A DNA stretch of 64,000 nt from Octopus sinensis (lineage: Eukaryota): the NCBI RefSeq assembly GCF_006345805.1, contig NC_043001.1, positions 16,988,001 to 17,052,000 on the forward strand, given 5' to 3'. The notes beneath the pieces were generated by a model. It saw only the letters and a list, made by a program, of their open reading frames with translations. It had not been told where the DNA came from and ran no database searches. The translations under genes and the position numbers were made by a program. Position 1 is the first letter of the stretch. Each line of letters starts with the position of its first letter. Of the stretch, positions 1 to 12,250 are shown one piece after another.

Positions 1-148
1 CGGATCATGCTAGCTTCATTTCTTTCAAGCTTACCCATGTCCTCTGCAGTCACAGCCCATGTTTCACTACCGTGAAGCATGGCAGTTCACACACATGCGT
101 TGTACAATCTACCTTTCACTCTGAGCAAGAGATCCTTTGTCACCAGTA
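1..148 (-). mobile_element. RTE-clade LINE fragment (post-RT region)
   Basis: Reverse strand translates LVTKDLLLRVKGRLYNACV*TAMLHGSETWAVTAEDMGKLERNEASMIR, the typical RTE '(Y/H)GSETW' block; cut by the window edge and by (TA)n. Confidence 0.75.
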
Positions 149-192
149 TATATATGTGTGTATGTGTGTGTGTATATATATACATATATATA

Positions 193-223
<31 letters not shown>

Positions 224-365
224 GTATATATATATACTCAATATAAAATAGTGCACATTTAAACACAAGAGAAAACTGCCTTCAACAGGAAGTTTTTACA
301 TGCTAGAAAAAGTAGTCAAAACGACCAAAACCACATTTAAGAGCAATCTTCAAAAGGAATGAAAA

Positions 366-623
366 AAGCACCCACTACGCTCACGGAGTGGTTGGCATTA
401 GGAAGGGCATCCAGTTGTAGAAACTCTGCCAGATCAGACTGGAGCCTGGTGCAGCCTCCTAGACTCTGGTCGGACCATCCAACCCGTGCTAGCATGGAAA
501 ATGGACGTTAAACAATGATGATGATGATATATATATCATCATCATCATCATCATCATCGTTTAACGCCCGCTTTCCATGCTAGCATGGGTTGGACGATTT
601 GACTGAGGGCTGGCGAACCAGAA
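366..623. repeat. Two RTE-tail-type repeats, tail-to-tail (366-533 +, 536-623 -)
   Basis: tggttggcattaggaagggcatccag...catggaaaatggacgttaaac(atg)n, followed by the reverse complement of the same 3' end. Confidence 0.7.
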
Positions 624-744
624 AAATAAAAACTTTTAGGGTAAAAGTTTTAACTTTTCCTAGGAGAGTCCTAGGGGCAGAGTCCTCAAGCATGCTTCCC
701 ATTGCGTCATGTTAGAACCTATCACCACCAATCGATCCACCTGC

Positions 745-1397
745 ATGTGTATGTATGCATAGATACTTACATTTGTACATACATATTTACATTTACATAC
801 ATACATACATACATACACGCATGCATACATATGTACATACATACATACACACACATACACACATACATACGCACGTGCATACACACATACACACACATAC
901 ATACATACACATATACATACTTGCACACATGCATTCATACATACACACATACATACATACATGCATACATACATGCGTACATACATACACACAAATACAC
1001 ACACACACATACATACACACATACACACACACATACATACACACACATACACATACATACATACATAATACATACATACATACATACATACATACACATA
1101 TACATACACACCCATACTTATACACATACATTCATACATACTCGCACACATATACACGCATACATACATACATACGTACATACATACATACACACAAAGA
1201 CACACACACACATATACTTACACACATACATTCATACTTACATACATACATACACACAAATACACACACATACACACATACATACACACATACACACACA
1301 TACACATACAAACATACATACACATATATATACACGCACATACATACACACATACACTCATACATACACACACATACATACGCATACTCACACATAC
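745..1397. repeat. (CATA)n/(CA)n compound microsatellite
   Basis: Directly visible; source of the MYVC/HTYI pseudo-ORFs. Confidence 0.95.
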
Positions 1398-1399
1398 AC

Positions 1400-1570
1400 C
1401 ATTCTTCCCTTTTTTTTAGCTTCCTTCCTTTTCTCCACCACAATGATGACATGGTGCAACATATTCTTCATAATCTAAAAGGCCATTTCTTCTTAAAAAC
1501 GCAACTGCTTCCCTCTCGCCACTGATCACATTGTAAAAATCTTTAGTCAGCATCTTAAGGAGTTTTAGAA
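1400..1570 (-). mobile_element. Possible ISXO2/Merlin-like transposase N-terminal fragment
   Basis: MLTKDFYNVISGEREAVAFLRRNGLLDYEEYVAPCHHCGG resembles the 'A..FL...GLL...CxxC' start of Merlin-type transposases; truncated by the microsatellite. Upstream, a tandem ~51-bp repeat (1716-1824) carries CCAAT on the same strand. Confidence 0.4.
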
Positions 1571-2134
1571 ATTGGAAAGTAAAACCGAAGACTAACGTGG
1601 AGTCATCTCCCTTTAAGTCGTAGATCCCCTGCCAAAGTAGCACCAAAATAAATTCATTACACACATGTGAGTGAGAACACTTTGAGATATTTTTGGTATC
1701 TAACATATGTCAGATACTGCGAGCGCTGCTTCTGATTGGTCAATCCATCGTGATGACCCGAGGTCACGGTGACAGCGCTGCTTCTGATTGGTCAATACAT
1801 GGTGATGACCCGAGGTCACGGTGACGGTACTACGTTTGTCATTCATAAGTTACAACTAAACGTGAAGAATTTAGTTATTGGGTTAATAAAATATGGTCGT
1901 TTATTCGTGTGTAATAAATAAAATACCAAACTCATTCGCTTTTGCTCGTTAGATACGTTTACAAGCCACTCGTTGTAATAAATACGGTATCCATAGGGAA
2001 CTCGTTTGGTATTCTCTATTTGTCACAGATCACAGAAGTTTTAGCATCATTCCCAAAGAAGTAATTTGTTTATTAGAAAATTCCATGTTTAACCAGATTG
2101 AATTTGCTATAACTGTCAACTTACTAGAACTTGT

Positions 2135-2637
2135 GCTGATGGCACGTGAAACATTCGAGCGAGGTCGTCGCCAGTGTCGCTGGACTGGCTCCTGTGCAGG
2201 TGGAAAGTAAAAAGCACCATTTGGGCGTTGGCGTTGCCAGTACCTATTTCTTTACTACCCACAAGGGGCTAAACACAGAGGGGACAAACAAGGACAGACA
2301 AACGGATTAAGTCAATTACACTGACCCCAGTGCGTAACTGGTACTTAATTTATCGTCCCCGAAAGGATGAAAGGCAAAGTCGACCTCGGCGGAATTTGAA
2401 CTCAGAACGTAACGGCAGACGAAATACGGCTACGCATTTCGCCCGGCGTGCTAACAATTCTGCCAGCTGCCAGTACCAGCTGCCGGTGGCACGTAAAGGC
2501 ACCCACTACACTCTCGGAGTGGTTGGCGTTAGGAAGGGCATCCAGCTGTAGAAACTCTGCCAGATCAGATTGGAGTCTGGTTCGCCAGACCTCTGTCAAA
2601 TCGTCCAACCCATGCTAGCATGGAAAGCGGACGTTAA

Positions 2638-2675
<38 letters not shown>
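2135..2675 (+). repeat. RTE-tail-type repeat with (ATG)n tail, interrupted by a SINE-A
   Basis: ggtggcacgtaaaggcacc subrepeats and the aggaagggcatccagctgtagaaac tail; SINE-A at 2244-2468 is flanked by the TSD gccagtacc. Confidence 0.75.
2244..2468 (-). mobile_element. SINE family A (tRNA-like head ggcggcgagctggcagaa..., B box gagttcaaattcc)
   Basis: Matches more than 25 other units in the window. Resembles the Octopus OK/OR-type SINEs; exact family not verified. Confidence 0.85.
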
Positions 2676-2676
<1 letters not shown>

Positions 2677-3239
2677 CTGCAAACTGGCAGGAACTGATGA
2701 AGACATGCATAATATCTATGAAGATGTCAGTTTTGACACAGATCTAGCACGATTTGCTGTTTAATATAAAGCAATAAGATAAAAATGTTAGGGTGCTGAA
2801 GCAAAAAAAAGGAGCAGCGAAGTTCTATAAATCACATTTGGAATAAATTCATTTTTCATCGTCGTCGTCGTCATCACCATGATCATCACCATCACCACCC
2901 CACCACCACCACCACCACCACCACCACCACCACCATCATCACCATCATCACCAACATCCATCAATCATCATTCATCAATCATCATTCATCATTCACCATT
3001 CGTCAATCGTCAATCATCAACCACCAGTCATCAATCATCAATCATCATTCATCAATCGCCAATCATCATTCATCAATCGCCAATCATTCATCAATCACCC
3101 ATCATCCATTCATCGTCGTCGTTTAACGTCCGTAAAAATGCTGGTGCTTTTTACGTGCTACTGGCACAGGAGCCATGAATTCTGCTAGTCTGCTGACCTT
3201 ATGCAATTTATCAAAAACCACCTGGTTAAAAAGCACCTC

Positions 3240-3590
3240 GCAACACCAAACTGGCTGAGCTTCTTTCGAGTGTTGGGCCTCACAGAAGCAATGACTGACA
3301 ACTTTGGCACAATGCCATGCTTGAGGAGAAGACCCATCAAGCCAAGTAAAACTGCATCATTGCAGATACTGGTCCCACGCAAATGGCACCCATGTCGGTG
3401 GCACGTAAAAGCACCCGTTACACTCTTGGAGTGGTTGGTGTTTCGAAGGGCATCCAGCCATAGAAACCATGTCAAATCAGAATGGTGTCCGGTGCAAGTT
3501 TTCCAGCTTAACAACCCTGGACAAACTGTCCAACCGAAGCAAGCATTGACAATGGACATTAAATGATGACGACGATTATGATGATGATGA
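3240..3590 (+). mobile_element. RTE LINE 3' end plus tail
   Basis: gaggagaagacccatcaagccaagtaa (EEKTHQAK*) then the conserved tail and (ATG)n. Confidence 0.6.
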
Positions 3591-4072
3591 TAATGATTTA
3601 CTATATGTGCTCAACAAAATTGTGTGACTACGAGTTATTTGCACATAAAAAGGAATATACCAGCTTTGTCAATGTTGATTCAAGGCCAACTACCTGATAT
3701 CCCTCCTCCTCAGTCACACACACACTTACACACACACATGCACATATCCGCACAGATGTATATATATATTCAAACATACATACACACAGGCATCCACCCA
3801 TATATACACATATATACATATACACTAGTATACATATGCACAACCCCACATACCACCCCCATGTATGTATACACATATGGGTGTGTGTGTGTATATGTAT
3901 ATATACGCCTATATATATGTATGCACCTATATATATATATATATATAAGTTCAGCAAAATTTAGATTCAAATGAATATGGTACTTAAGTTAGATGCATCA
4001 GAATATATATATCTATCCTCTCTATAATGTTATCAATTAATATGAAAATATGTATTAATGGAAAACCTCTAT

Positions 4073-4163
4073 AAATGGCTGATGATTGGCCAACATTTTA
4101 AAACTGCTGTAATACTTACAATGTTTAATAAAATGATGTAGCGTGAAACGATCGTACCAAATT
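4073..4163 (+). ncRNA. Degenerate type I hammerhead-like motif
   Basis: UGG-CUGAUGA(4079-4085)-long AU-rich stem II-GAAA(4145-4148)-C GAUC G-UA-CCA: palindromic loop III, GUA triplet, 3-bp stem I; base of stem II imperfect. Confidence 0.55.
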
Positions 4164-4193
4164 ACCGAAGATATTCTTGTTGCTTATTTTGAG

Positions 4194-4225
<32 letters not shown>

Positions 4226-4269
4226 ATATATATATGATAGATCGCTAGCCACTCCACACATTTTTTCGG

Positions 4270-5487
4270 GAGGAGAGATGAGGGGGAGGGGAGAGAGGAG
4301 ATGAGATGAGGGGTGAGGGGGGAAAGAAGGAAGGAGAGGAGAGAGAAAAGGAGAGTGAGAGGGGGAAAGGAAGGAGAGGAGAAAAGGAGGGGGATGGGAA
4401 AGGAGGGGAGGGGGAGAAGGGGAGTGAGGGAGCAGAGAGAAAGAGAGAAGGGGAAGAGGGAAGAAGAAAGAGGAAAGAAGAGGAGGGAAAGAGAGTAGGG
4501 GTGAAAAGATGAAGGACTGAAGAGAAGTAGGAGTCGGGGGGAGGTTAGATGAGAGGGGGGAGAGTTGAGACCGAATGGCGTGAAAGAGCGAAGAGAGAAG
4601 ATTAATTCCTGTTCACGGCGCAAACGGGAATCCAGATGGCCTCTGTGCAAGGACAATCCGAACACAGACAGGTGTTGTAAGGAGTGACCGGTGGAGCGGA
4701 AATGGCGTGAGACCAGTGTGTCGTTGGCAAGGCGGATGTCACGGAGGTGTTCCGCGAACCGGTCAGCCAAGCGTCGTCCCGTTTGTCCGATGTACAGAGA
4801 ATGGCAGAGAGAGCAGGAGATGCAATAGATGATATTGCTGGAGGTGCAGGTGAAGGAGTTGATGATGCGATAGGGTCGATGATGGGTGCCAGTGAGGAGG
4901 GTGGTGTTGGAGAGGTAAGGGCAAGTGCGACAACGTGGGCGGGAGCAGGGGAACGAGCCAGGTTGGGAGGTAGGGTCAGGGAAGGAGCTGTGGACCAAGA
5001 GGTCTCGTAGGTTATGGGCTCGTTTGAAGGAGGGGAGGTGTCGGTTAGGGAAGAGGTGTGAAATGGACGGGTCGAACTGGAGATGCCGGAAAGCTCGAAG
5101 AGGTAGGAGAGGTAGGGTCGTGGGGTGGTAAGTGAGGGGAAAAGGGAGGCGGGAGACTACAGGGTGGGTTCGGGGGGAGAGAGCAGATGCACGGTCTACG
5201 GAACGTGCTCTGGCAAGGGCGGTGTGGATAGTGGTGAGGGGGTATCTACGTAGGATGAAGTGGCGAGCCATGAGTTGAGACTGAGTCTCAAAGTCATGTT
5301 CGTCACTACAGAGCCTACGTAGACGGAGGAATTGGGAATAGGGGATGGAAAGCTTGGTGTGTTTGGGGTGGGAGGAAGAGAAGTTCAGGTATGAGTGTGA
5401 GTCTGTGTGTTTGTAGTGAATGGAGGTGGTAAGAGTGAAGTGATGAATACTGACCGAAATGTCGAGGAAGGAGACAGAGGTGTTGAT
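4270..5487 (-). mobile_element. Penelope-like retroelement, 5'-truncated (RT C-terminus, linker, GIY-YIG endonuclease)
   Basis: ORF 4162-5271 has CxxxxCxxC then NIIYCISCSLCHSLYIGQTGRRLADRFAEHL...RLRREQELIFSLRSFTPFGLN. Upstream frame reads SFLDISV...HYKHTDSHSYLNFSSSHPKHTKLSIPYSQFLRLRRLCS (PLE RT thumb). Confidence 0.92.
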
Positions 5488-5497
5488 ACATATATAT

Positions 5498-5792
5498 CTT
5501 TACTACCCACAAGGGGGTAAACACAGAGGGGACAAACAAGGACAGACAAACGGATTTAGTCGATTACATCGACTCCAGTGCATAAATGGTACTTAATTTA
5601 TCGACCCCGAAAGGATGAAAGGCAAAGTCGACCTCGGCGGAATTTGAACTCAGAACGTAGCGGCAGACGAAATACCTATTTCTTTATTACCCACAAGGGG
5701 CTAAACATAGAGGGGACAAACAAGGACAGACATAGGTATTAAGTCGATTACATCGACCCCAGTACACAACTGGTACTTAATTTATCGACCCC
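5498..5792 (-). mobile_element. SINE-A, truncated dimer
   Basis: Two units with the standard gaaatag/gtatttcg junction. Confidence 0.8.
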
Positions 5793-6097
5793 GTACTTAT
5801 TCTATCAGTCTCTTTTGCCGAACCGCTAAGTTACGGGGACGTAAACACACCAGCATCGGTTGTGAAGCAATGCTAGGGGGACAAACACAGACATACACAC
5901 ACATACACATACATATATATACATATAAATATATACGGCAGGCTTCTTTCAGTTTCCGTCTACCAAATCCACTCACAAGGCATTGGTCGGCCCGGGGCTA
6001 TAGGAGAAGACACTTGCCCAAGATGCCACGCAGTGGGACTGAACCCGGAACCATGTGGTTGGTTAGCAAGCTACTTACCACACAGCCATTCCTGCGC
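5793..6097 (-). mobile_element. SINE family B (CORE-like), partial
   Basis: Head ggagtggctgtgtggtaag...gggttcagtccc, CORE-like accttgggcaagtgtcttc, internal (TA)/(TG) tract. Confidence 0.8.
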
Positions 6098-6190
6098 CTA
6101 TTTGTTGACAACAAACAAGATGAAGATAAATGCCAGTCGAATGTAAATAATATAAATAATGTAAATAATTCCTCGCCTCTTAAATAAAGA
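6098..6190 (+). repeat. 3' part of the hammerhead/pLTR-like module also at 39890-39967
   Basis: tgttgacaacaaacaagatgaagataaatgccagtcgaatgtaaataat...tcctcgcctcttaaa matches the reverse complement of 39898-39967. Confidence 0.6.
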
Positions 6191-6214
6191 AATGGTAATG
6201 AGTGAGATCGTTAC

Positions 6215-6632
6215 CAGCGTCGCCTTACTGGTACTTGTGCCCATGCTAGTAGGGTGCCAAGAGCACCATCTGAGCGTGATCGTTGCCAGAGCAGCCAACT
6301 GGCCTCCATGCCGGTGGCACGTAAAAGGGCACCATTCGAACGCGATCGTTACCAAAGTCGCCTTAATGGCACCTGTGCTGGTGGCATGTGTAAAAAGATT
6401 CAAGCGAGGTCATTGCCAGTACCGCCTGGTTGGCCCCCGTGCCGGTGACACGTAAAAAGCACCCACTACACTCTCGGAGTGGTTGGCGTTAGGAAGGGCA
6501 TCCAGCTGTAGAAACTCTGCCAGATCAAGATTGGGGCCTGTTGTAGCCAACTGGTTCGCCAGTCCTCAGTCAAAATCGTCCAACCCATGCTAGCATGGAA
6601 AGCAGACGTTAAACGACGATGATGATGATGAT
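6215..6632 (+). repeat. RTE-tail-type repeat
   Basis: Same subrepeats and tail as 2135-2675. Confidence 0.75.
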
Positions 6633-7024
6633 GTAAAAGTCAAGATCTTCAAAAAATCTTTACTAGCAAAGACTTTTGTTTTACCTGTTTCTTTCTAAGT
6701 GCAATGATATTTGACACTAATCTAATAATAATTAACTAAATACAGGTGTTCTGTGGTAAGAGCCTGTAAAAGAAACCATGCAGTTTATCTGTAAATGCTG
6801 TTATATGGTGCAGTTGATTAATATGTACTAAATATGTACTAATTATTTACTCTTTAAAGCTAAATTGCTTGTAATCTATATGCAACCTATTTGATAAAGT
6901 ATGTAGCAGTTTGCTGAAATACAAATTCTAACAGGGGTGTTGTTATTTATACCAAATTTAAACTGTTTGTTGTAGCTGGTGTTGTTACATGTTTTTGGTA
7001 AATATCAGTTTTCCTCCTCCTCCT

Positions 7025-7502
7025 CCTCCTCCTCCTCATCATCATCATTTAACGTCCGTTTTCCACGCTAGCATGGGTTGGACGGTTCGACCGGGGTCTG
7101 GAAGCCATGGAGGCTGCACCAGGCTCCAATCTGATCTGGCAAGGTTTCTACAGCTGGATGCCCTTCCTAACGCCAGCCACTCCGTGATTCTAGTGGGTGT
7201 TTTTTACGTGCCACCGGCACAGGGGCCAGAGCAGGCTGGCAAACGACCACGATCGGTTGGTGCTTTTACGTGTCACCGACTCGGACGTCAGTCAGGCGGC
7301 GCTGGCATCTTCCACGTTCGGACGGTGCTTTTTACGTGTCACCCGGCACGGGTGTCTTAACTGCAATTTCCATTTGAATTATATTTTGATGTTGATGTAC
7401 TTGACTCAATAGGTCTCCTCAAGAACAGCGGGTCACTCTACGATCCAAGGTTAGCATAGCAGGCCGTCCTGTAAGCCATGAACTCACTTCATTTGTCGGG
7501 TC
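7025..7502 (-). repeat. RTE-tail-type repeat
   Basis: Reverse complement of the same family; adjoins the 3' end of the R4-like LINE at 7503. Confidence 0.7.
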
Positions 7503-7716
7503 TTTAGTTTTAAATATGACCTCTACGATGCGTAGATCCTGTAAGAACGGTCAGCAGCCTGCTGCCAGAGGTCTCTCAGGATCTCTTTCCGAACATTAGA
7601 ATCTTTGATACTTGGTTGTTAATTATCGTGGGAGACATTCAAAATTCAAGTAACAATCTCAAAATCCTAGCTGTTCCCGACAGAACAGTTTTTGATATTT
7701 GCTCTGCTCTCATATC

Positions 7717-8137
7717 AATTCCGATTTACTCTTTACTCTTTACTCTTTTACTTGTTTCAGTCATTTGACTGCGGCCATGCTGGAGCACCGCCTTTAGTCG
7801 AGCAAATCCACCCCGGGACTTATTCTTTGTAAGCCCAGTACTTATTCTATCGGTCTCTTTTGCCGAACCGCTAAGTAACGGGGACGTAAATACACCAGCA
7901 TCGGTTGTCAAGCAATGCTAGGGGGACAAACACAGACACACAAACATATACACACACACTTATATATATACATATATACGACAGGCTTCTTTCAGTTTCC
8001 GTCTACCAAATCCACTCACAAGGCATTGGTCGGCCCGGGGCTATAGCAGAAGACACTTGCCCAAGATGCCACGCAGTGGGACTGAATCCGTGACCATGTG
8101 GTTGGTTAGCAAGCTACTTACCACACAGCCACTCCTA
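7717..8137 (-). mobile_element. SINE-B, full length, nested in the LINE
   Basis: Complete head to (gagtaaaa)n tail. Confidence 0.85.
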
Positions 8138-8734
8138 TTTCACGAACTTGGTTGTTAGTGCTCCGAGTGCCTCTACAACTATTGGCCTGACAAACACTCT
8201 CCTCATAGTCCACATTCTTGCAATTTCCTCTTTTAGTAGTCTGTACTTCTCAATCTTTTCTAGTTCCTTGTCACTTTATGCGTGCATCTCCAGGTATTGT
8301 GATATCTATGTCCGTGGTTTCCTTTTTTCCTTTATCTACCACAATATCTAGTCCCCGAGCCTCGATTAGGGAGTTACATTGAATTGTAAAATCCCACAGT
8401 ATCGTATATTCTTTGTTCTCGGTGACTTATTCTGGTTCATGTTCGTATCATTTCCTTGCTCTGTTCAGGTTGTACTTTTCACATAGCCTCCAAGTGGACG
8501 AACTTAACCACGTTATCGTGCCTCCATTTTGTAGTGCTTTTGGGCCAGCTTGTTAGACTTACTCACAATATGGGAGATTGTTTCGTTTCTGCTGCCACGC
8601 GTCCTACAAAGGGAAGATTCGATACTCATATTCTTTTGGAACTTGGTGTAATTAGTTCTCAGAGCTTGTTTCTGTGCGCTGCATATCAATACCTTAGTGC
8701 ATCCTTTCAGATCATATTTTCTTAGCCATCTCCG

Positions 8735-9206
8735 AAGAGAAGCCACGCGGTGCATGAAAGACTAGAAGCCCAATTGAATTAATGTGTCCAGAAAGGTACA
8801 GACCCCGCGTGGATAATGACCGGGAGGACAACACTTATAATGAAAGATAGAAGAAAGGGGAATATTGTGGGAAACTACCGTTCCATAGCATGCCAAAGCA
8901 TAATATGGAAGATACTCACTGGAATATGTGAGGCAAAGACATATACTTCCCGTCCACTTCACACCTCTTCCCTAACCGACCCCTCCCCTCCTTCAAACGA
9001 GCCCATAACCTACGAGACCTCTTGGTCCACAGCTCCTCCCCTGACCCTACCTCCCAACCTGGCTCGTTCCCCTGCTCCCGCCCACGTTGCCGCACTTGCC
9101 CTTACTTCTGCAGCATACTACGCATCGTAGAGGTCATATTTAAAACTAAAGACCCGACAAATGAAGTGAGTTCATGGCTTGCAGGACGGCCTGCTATGCT
9201 AACCTT
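8735..9206 (+). other. Composite block of three inverted local copies
   Basis: 8735-8951 = rc of 9478-9694; 8949-9109 = rc of 4911-5071; 9118-9206 = rc of 7447-7535. Confidence 0.9.
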
Positions 9207-10957
9207 CGATTTCTCCGAGGTATTGTTCATGCATTGGTTCCATTTGCAGCATGTCCTCATCACTACGTATCAAATACTCGACAAGCGTTCTCCTTTCACT
9301 CATTATACAATGGTCTATACTAACTGGACCCCTATTACCATTCTTTCTTTTCATATACAGTCTGTTTACGTTTGCTTTAGGGTGTAGCGCCCCATGCAGT
9401 GTTGTGGTTCCCTTGGTACCATGGATAACTCTTCCTACATCTTTTTCGTTCCCTTGGTAGTATTTCTTCTTGTGCCAGGGAAGTATATGTCTTTGCCTCA
9501 CATATTCCAGTGAGTATCTTCCATATTATGCTTTGGCATGCTATGGAACGGTAGTTTCCCACAATATTCCCCTTTCTTCTATCTTTCATTATAAGTGTTG
9601 TCCTCCCGGTCAGTATCCACGCGGGGTCTGTACCTTTCTGGACACATTAATTCAATTGGGCTTCTAGTCTTTCATGCACCGCGTGGCTTCTCTTTAGCCA
9701 AAAGCCATGAACCACATGTGGTCCAAGGACTTTCCAGTTAGGCACTTTACCCACTTGTTCTTTCACGGCAATCGTGCTTATGACAATATTCCTTTGTTCC
9801 TTTCCTCCTTCTAATTCTGTCTTGATAGTTCCTATCCACATTGAATCCCTTTTATGAACCACATTGTTTACGCATAATCCGCTCCAGAACTTCTTGTCTT
9901 GATTTGCATCTGGGACAACATTTTCTCCATTGTGTCCTTCTAACGTTCGGAAAAATTGCTTCGAGTTATTTTTGAACAATCTGTTCTCCTCGAACTGTTT
10001 ATTTCTGTTCACAAATCTTCCGATCTTCTGGACTTTTGCCATAGTTCTCTGTTTTAACTATTCTATTACTTCATCAAACCCGTTCTTCCGTATTTTATAT
10101 CTCTTCGCTAATTTTCCTAGTTTCCTCTTAACCATTGCTCAATTTTTCCTAGATCTCGCCTTGTCCGCATTATGTCCCTTTTAATCTATTGTTTTCACAA
10201 TGGTTTTTTGCTCCACCATTTTTTGTACTCTTAAGTTGTAATTTCTCCTCATCAAGTAGTGCAATGGCTTGGAAGAGATTTATCGTTTATGTTATGTCCT
10301 CCGTCTGGATGTATGATATGACAGTATTTATTTTTTGTGTTACTTTATTTATCATACTCCTATCTACCCTTCTCATATTCATAAGGATTTTTTTTTCTGG
10401 AGCATTCATCAAGTCGGTGAGTCGTCTTTGAATTTCAAGCAATTCATTATCAAGTTGGTTCATTTCCCCTACATGACCACCCACCACAGTATCAGAGTTC
10501 ACTGTATAATGTTCCTGTCCCTCAATCTTAATAGCTCCCTCACTATTTCCCTGTTCCTCCTGTCTACTACTCTCTCTGTTTTCAACTCCGACCATCCTTT
10601 GTAGCGCATCAGCTGGGTCTCTCAGACTCTAATCCGAGTTATTTCTACTCCAGTTAAGCAACCCTTCCTCCTAATCACACTCTCTTGGTTCATTAGTTTA
10701 TTCACGGACACCGGAGACATGTTCTTTTCCATCCAAAATTTCAAGGTACGTCGGCCTACTCCGTGACTTCTTTCCAGCTTTGCTCTGTCATGACATTCAA
10801 TAAGTGTATCGTCCACTTATGTCTGTTTTTGCGCACACCGTGTATGTGATCTGTTGTGACATAACGAACGTCCGAGGCCAGATCACTGCCCTTGATGCGG
10901 GCGGTTTCGTATGTGCCGGGCGAGAAACCTTCACCATGATCGGTTATAGCTACATTC

Positions 10958-11347
10958 GTGGAGGCGCAATGGCCCAGTGGTTAGGGCAGCGGACTCGCGG
11001 TCGTAGGATCGCGGTTTCGATTCCCAGACCGGACGTTGTGAGCGTTTATTGAGCGAAAACACATAAAGCTCTACGAGGCTCCGGCAGGGATGGTGGTGAT
11101 CCCTGCTGTACTCTTTCACCACAACTTTCTCTCACTCTTACTTCCTGTTTCTGTTGTACCTGTATTTCAGAGGGCCGGCCTTGTCACTCTCTGTGTCACG
11201 CTGAATATCCCCGAGAACTACGTTAAGGGTACACGTGTCTGTGGAGTGCTCAGCCACTTACACGTTAATTTCACGAGCAGGGTGTTCCGTTGATCGGATC
11301 AACCGGAACCCACATCGTCGTAACCGACGTAGTGCTTCCATCCATCC
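10958..11347 (+). mobile_element. SINE family C1 (tRNA-Arg-like head)
   Basis: gtggaggcgcaatggcccagtggttagggc...ggtttcgattccc; tail gtcgtaaccgacg..gtgcttcca; TSD atagctacatt. Confidence 0.85.
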
Positions 11348-11441
11348 ATAGCTACATTATCACCGTTAATTCTTTCATTGTTGTGTTGCATCATGATTTC
11401 ATAAGTCATCCGTGGGGTTCCTACGAGAGTTGTTATTCAGA

Positions 11442-11794
11442 TCCCATCTCTCGTTTCCTCTCTTTATTTGCATATATACACGTGCACATGTATGTACATT
11501 CATAGACATGTATAAATAACGTCCTTGCATAACCACAGTGATTATCATTATAACCGTCATTCAACCTATAGCATTTCAAAATATCAATAATAATATGGGT
11601 CCCGGTGTAATGCAGCAGATCTTCGTCACTATTTATCAAATATTCGCCAAGCGTTCTCCTTTCACTCCTTATACTAATTAGTCCTCTAAACTAATTAGTC
11701 ATCTGCCACCATTCTTTCTTTTCATATACAGTCTGTTTACGTTTGCAGATAACACTTAATACTATCTTTTGCGCTCCCTGCATTATTATTATTA

Positions 11795-11830
<36 letters not shown>

Positions 11831-11847
11831 TATTATTATTATTGTTA

Positions 11848-11908
<61 letters not shown>

Positions 11909-12250
11909 AGGCGGCGAGCTGGTAGAATATTTAGCACGCCGAACAAAATGCTTAGCAGCAATTCGTCCGTCTTTACTGTCTAAAGATCGACTTTGACTTT
12001 CATTCTTTCGGGTTCGATAAAATACGTCCCAGTTGAGCGATGTAATTGAAACCTTGTGTCTATATTACAACGGATTATTTCAATTTTATTATTATTACGG
12101 CGGTGAAGGTGGTGAGGTGGAGGAATCGCTATCACTTTGTACAACAATGCTTAGCGACATTTTGTCTATCTGTACGTCATGAGTTCAAATTCGAAGAGAT
12201 AGACTTTACCTTTAATCCATTTGGGCGTCTATAAAATAAGTAGCAGTTGA
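11442..12250 (+). repeat. Inverted segmental duplication, arm 1
   Basis: R4 fragment + (ATT)n + old SINE-A relics, near-identical to the rc of 14026-14769. Confidence 0.9.

Larger units (their letters stand above)
7503..10950 (-). mobile_element. Degenerate R4/Dong-like (RLE-type) LINE, near full length with an internal RT deletion
   Basis: Minus-strand fragments in order: N-term ECHDRAK...LKFWMEKNM...VIRRKGCLT; KRDSMWIG...VPNWKVLGPHVVHGFWLK; GRTTLIMKD...GNYRSIACQSIIWKILTG; HPKANVNRLYMKR; WLRKYDLKG...AQKQALRTN; CCHC/PD-(D/E)xK region; ISKTVLSGTARILRLLL* then 3'UTR. Confidence 0.85.

Noticed and set aside
660-1525. Long ORFs of MYVC/HTYI type (also 16-18 kb, 36-37 kb, 41 kb, 59-60 kb)
   Set aside because: Translations of (CA)/(TA)/(CATA) microsatellites.
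2330-2608. Recurrent ORFs MRNWYLIYRPRKDERQSRPRRNLNS, MPKVPCSGTEPG, MFIERKHLK
   Set aside because: They recur only because they are read through SINE copies.
10958-11035. tRNA genes at SINE heads (also 40486-40567, 48473-48545)
   Set aside because: A/B boxes are present but there is no complete cloverleaf or acceptor stem, and each continues into a SINE body.
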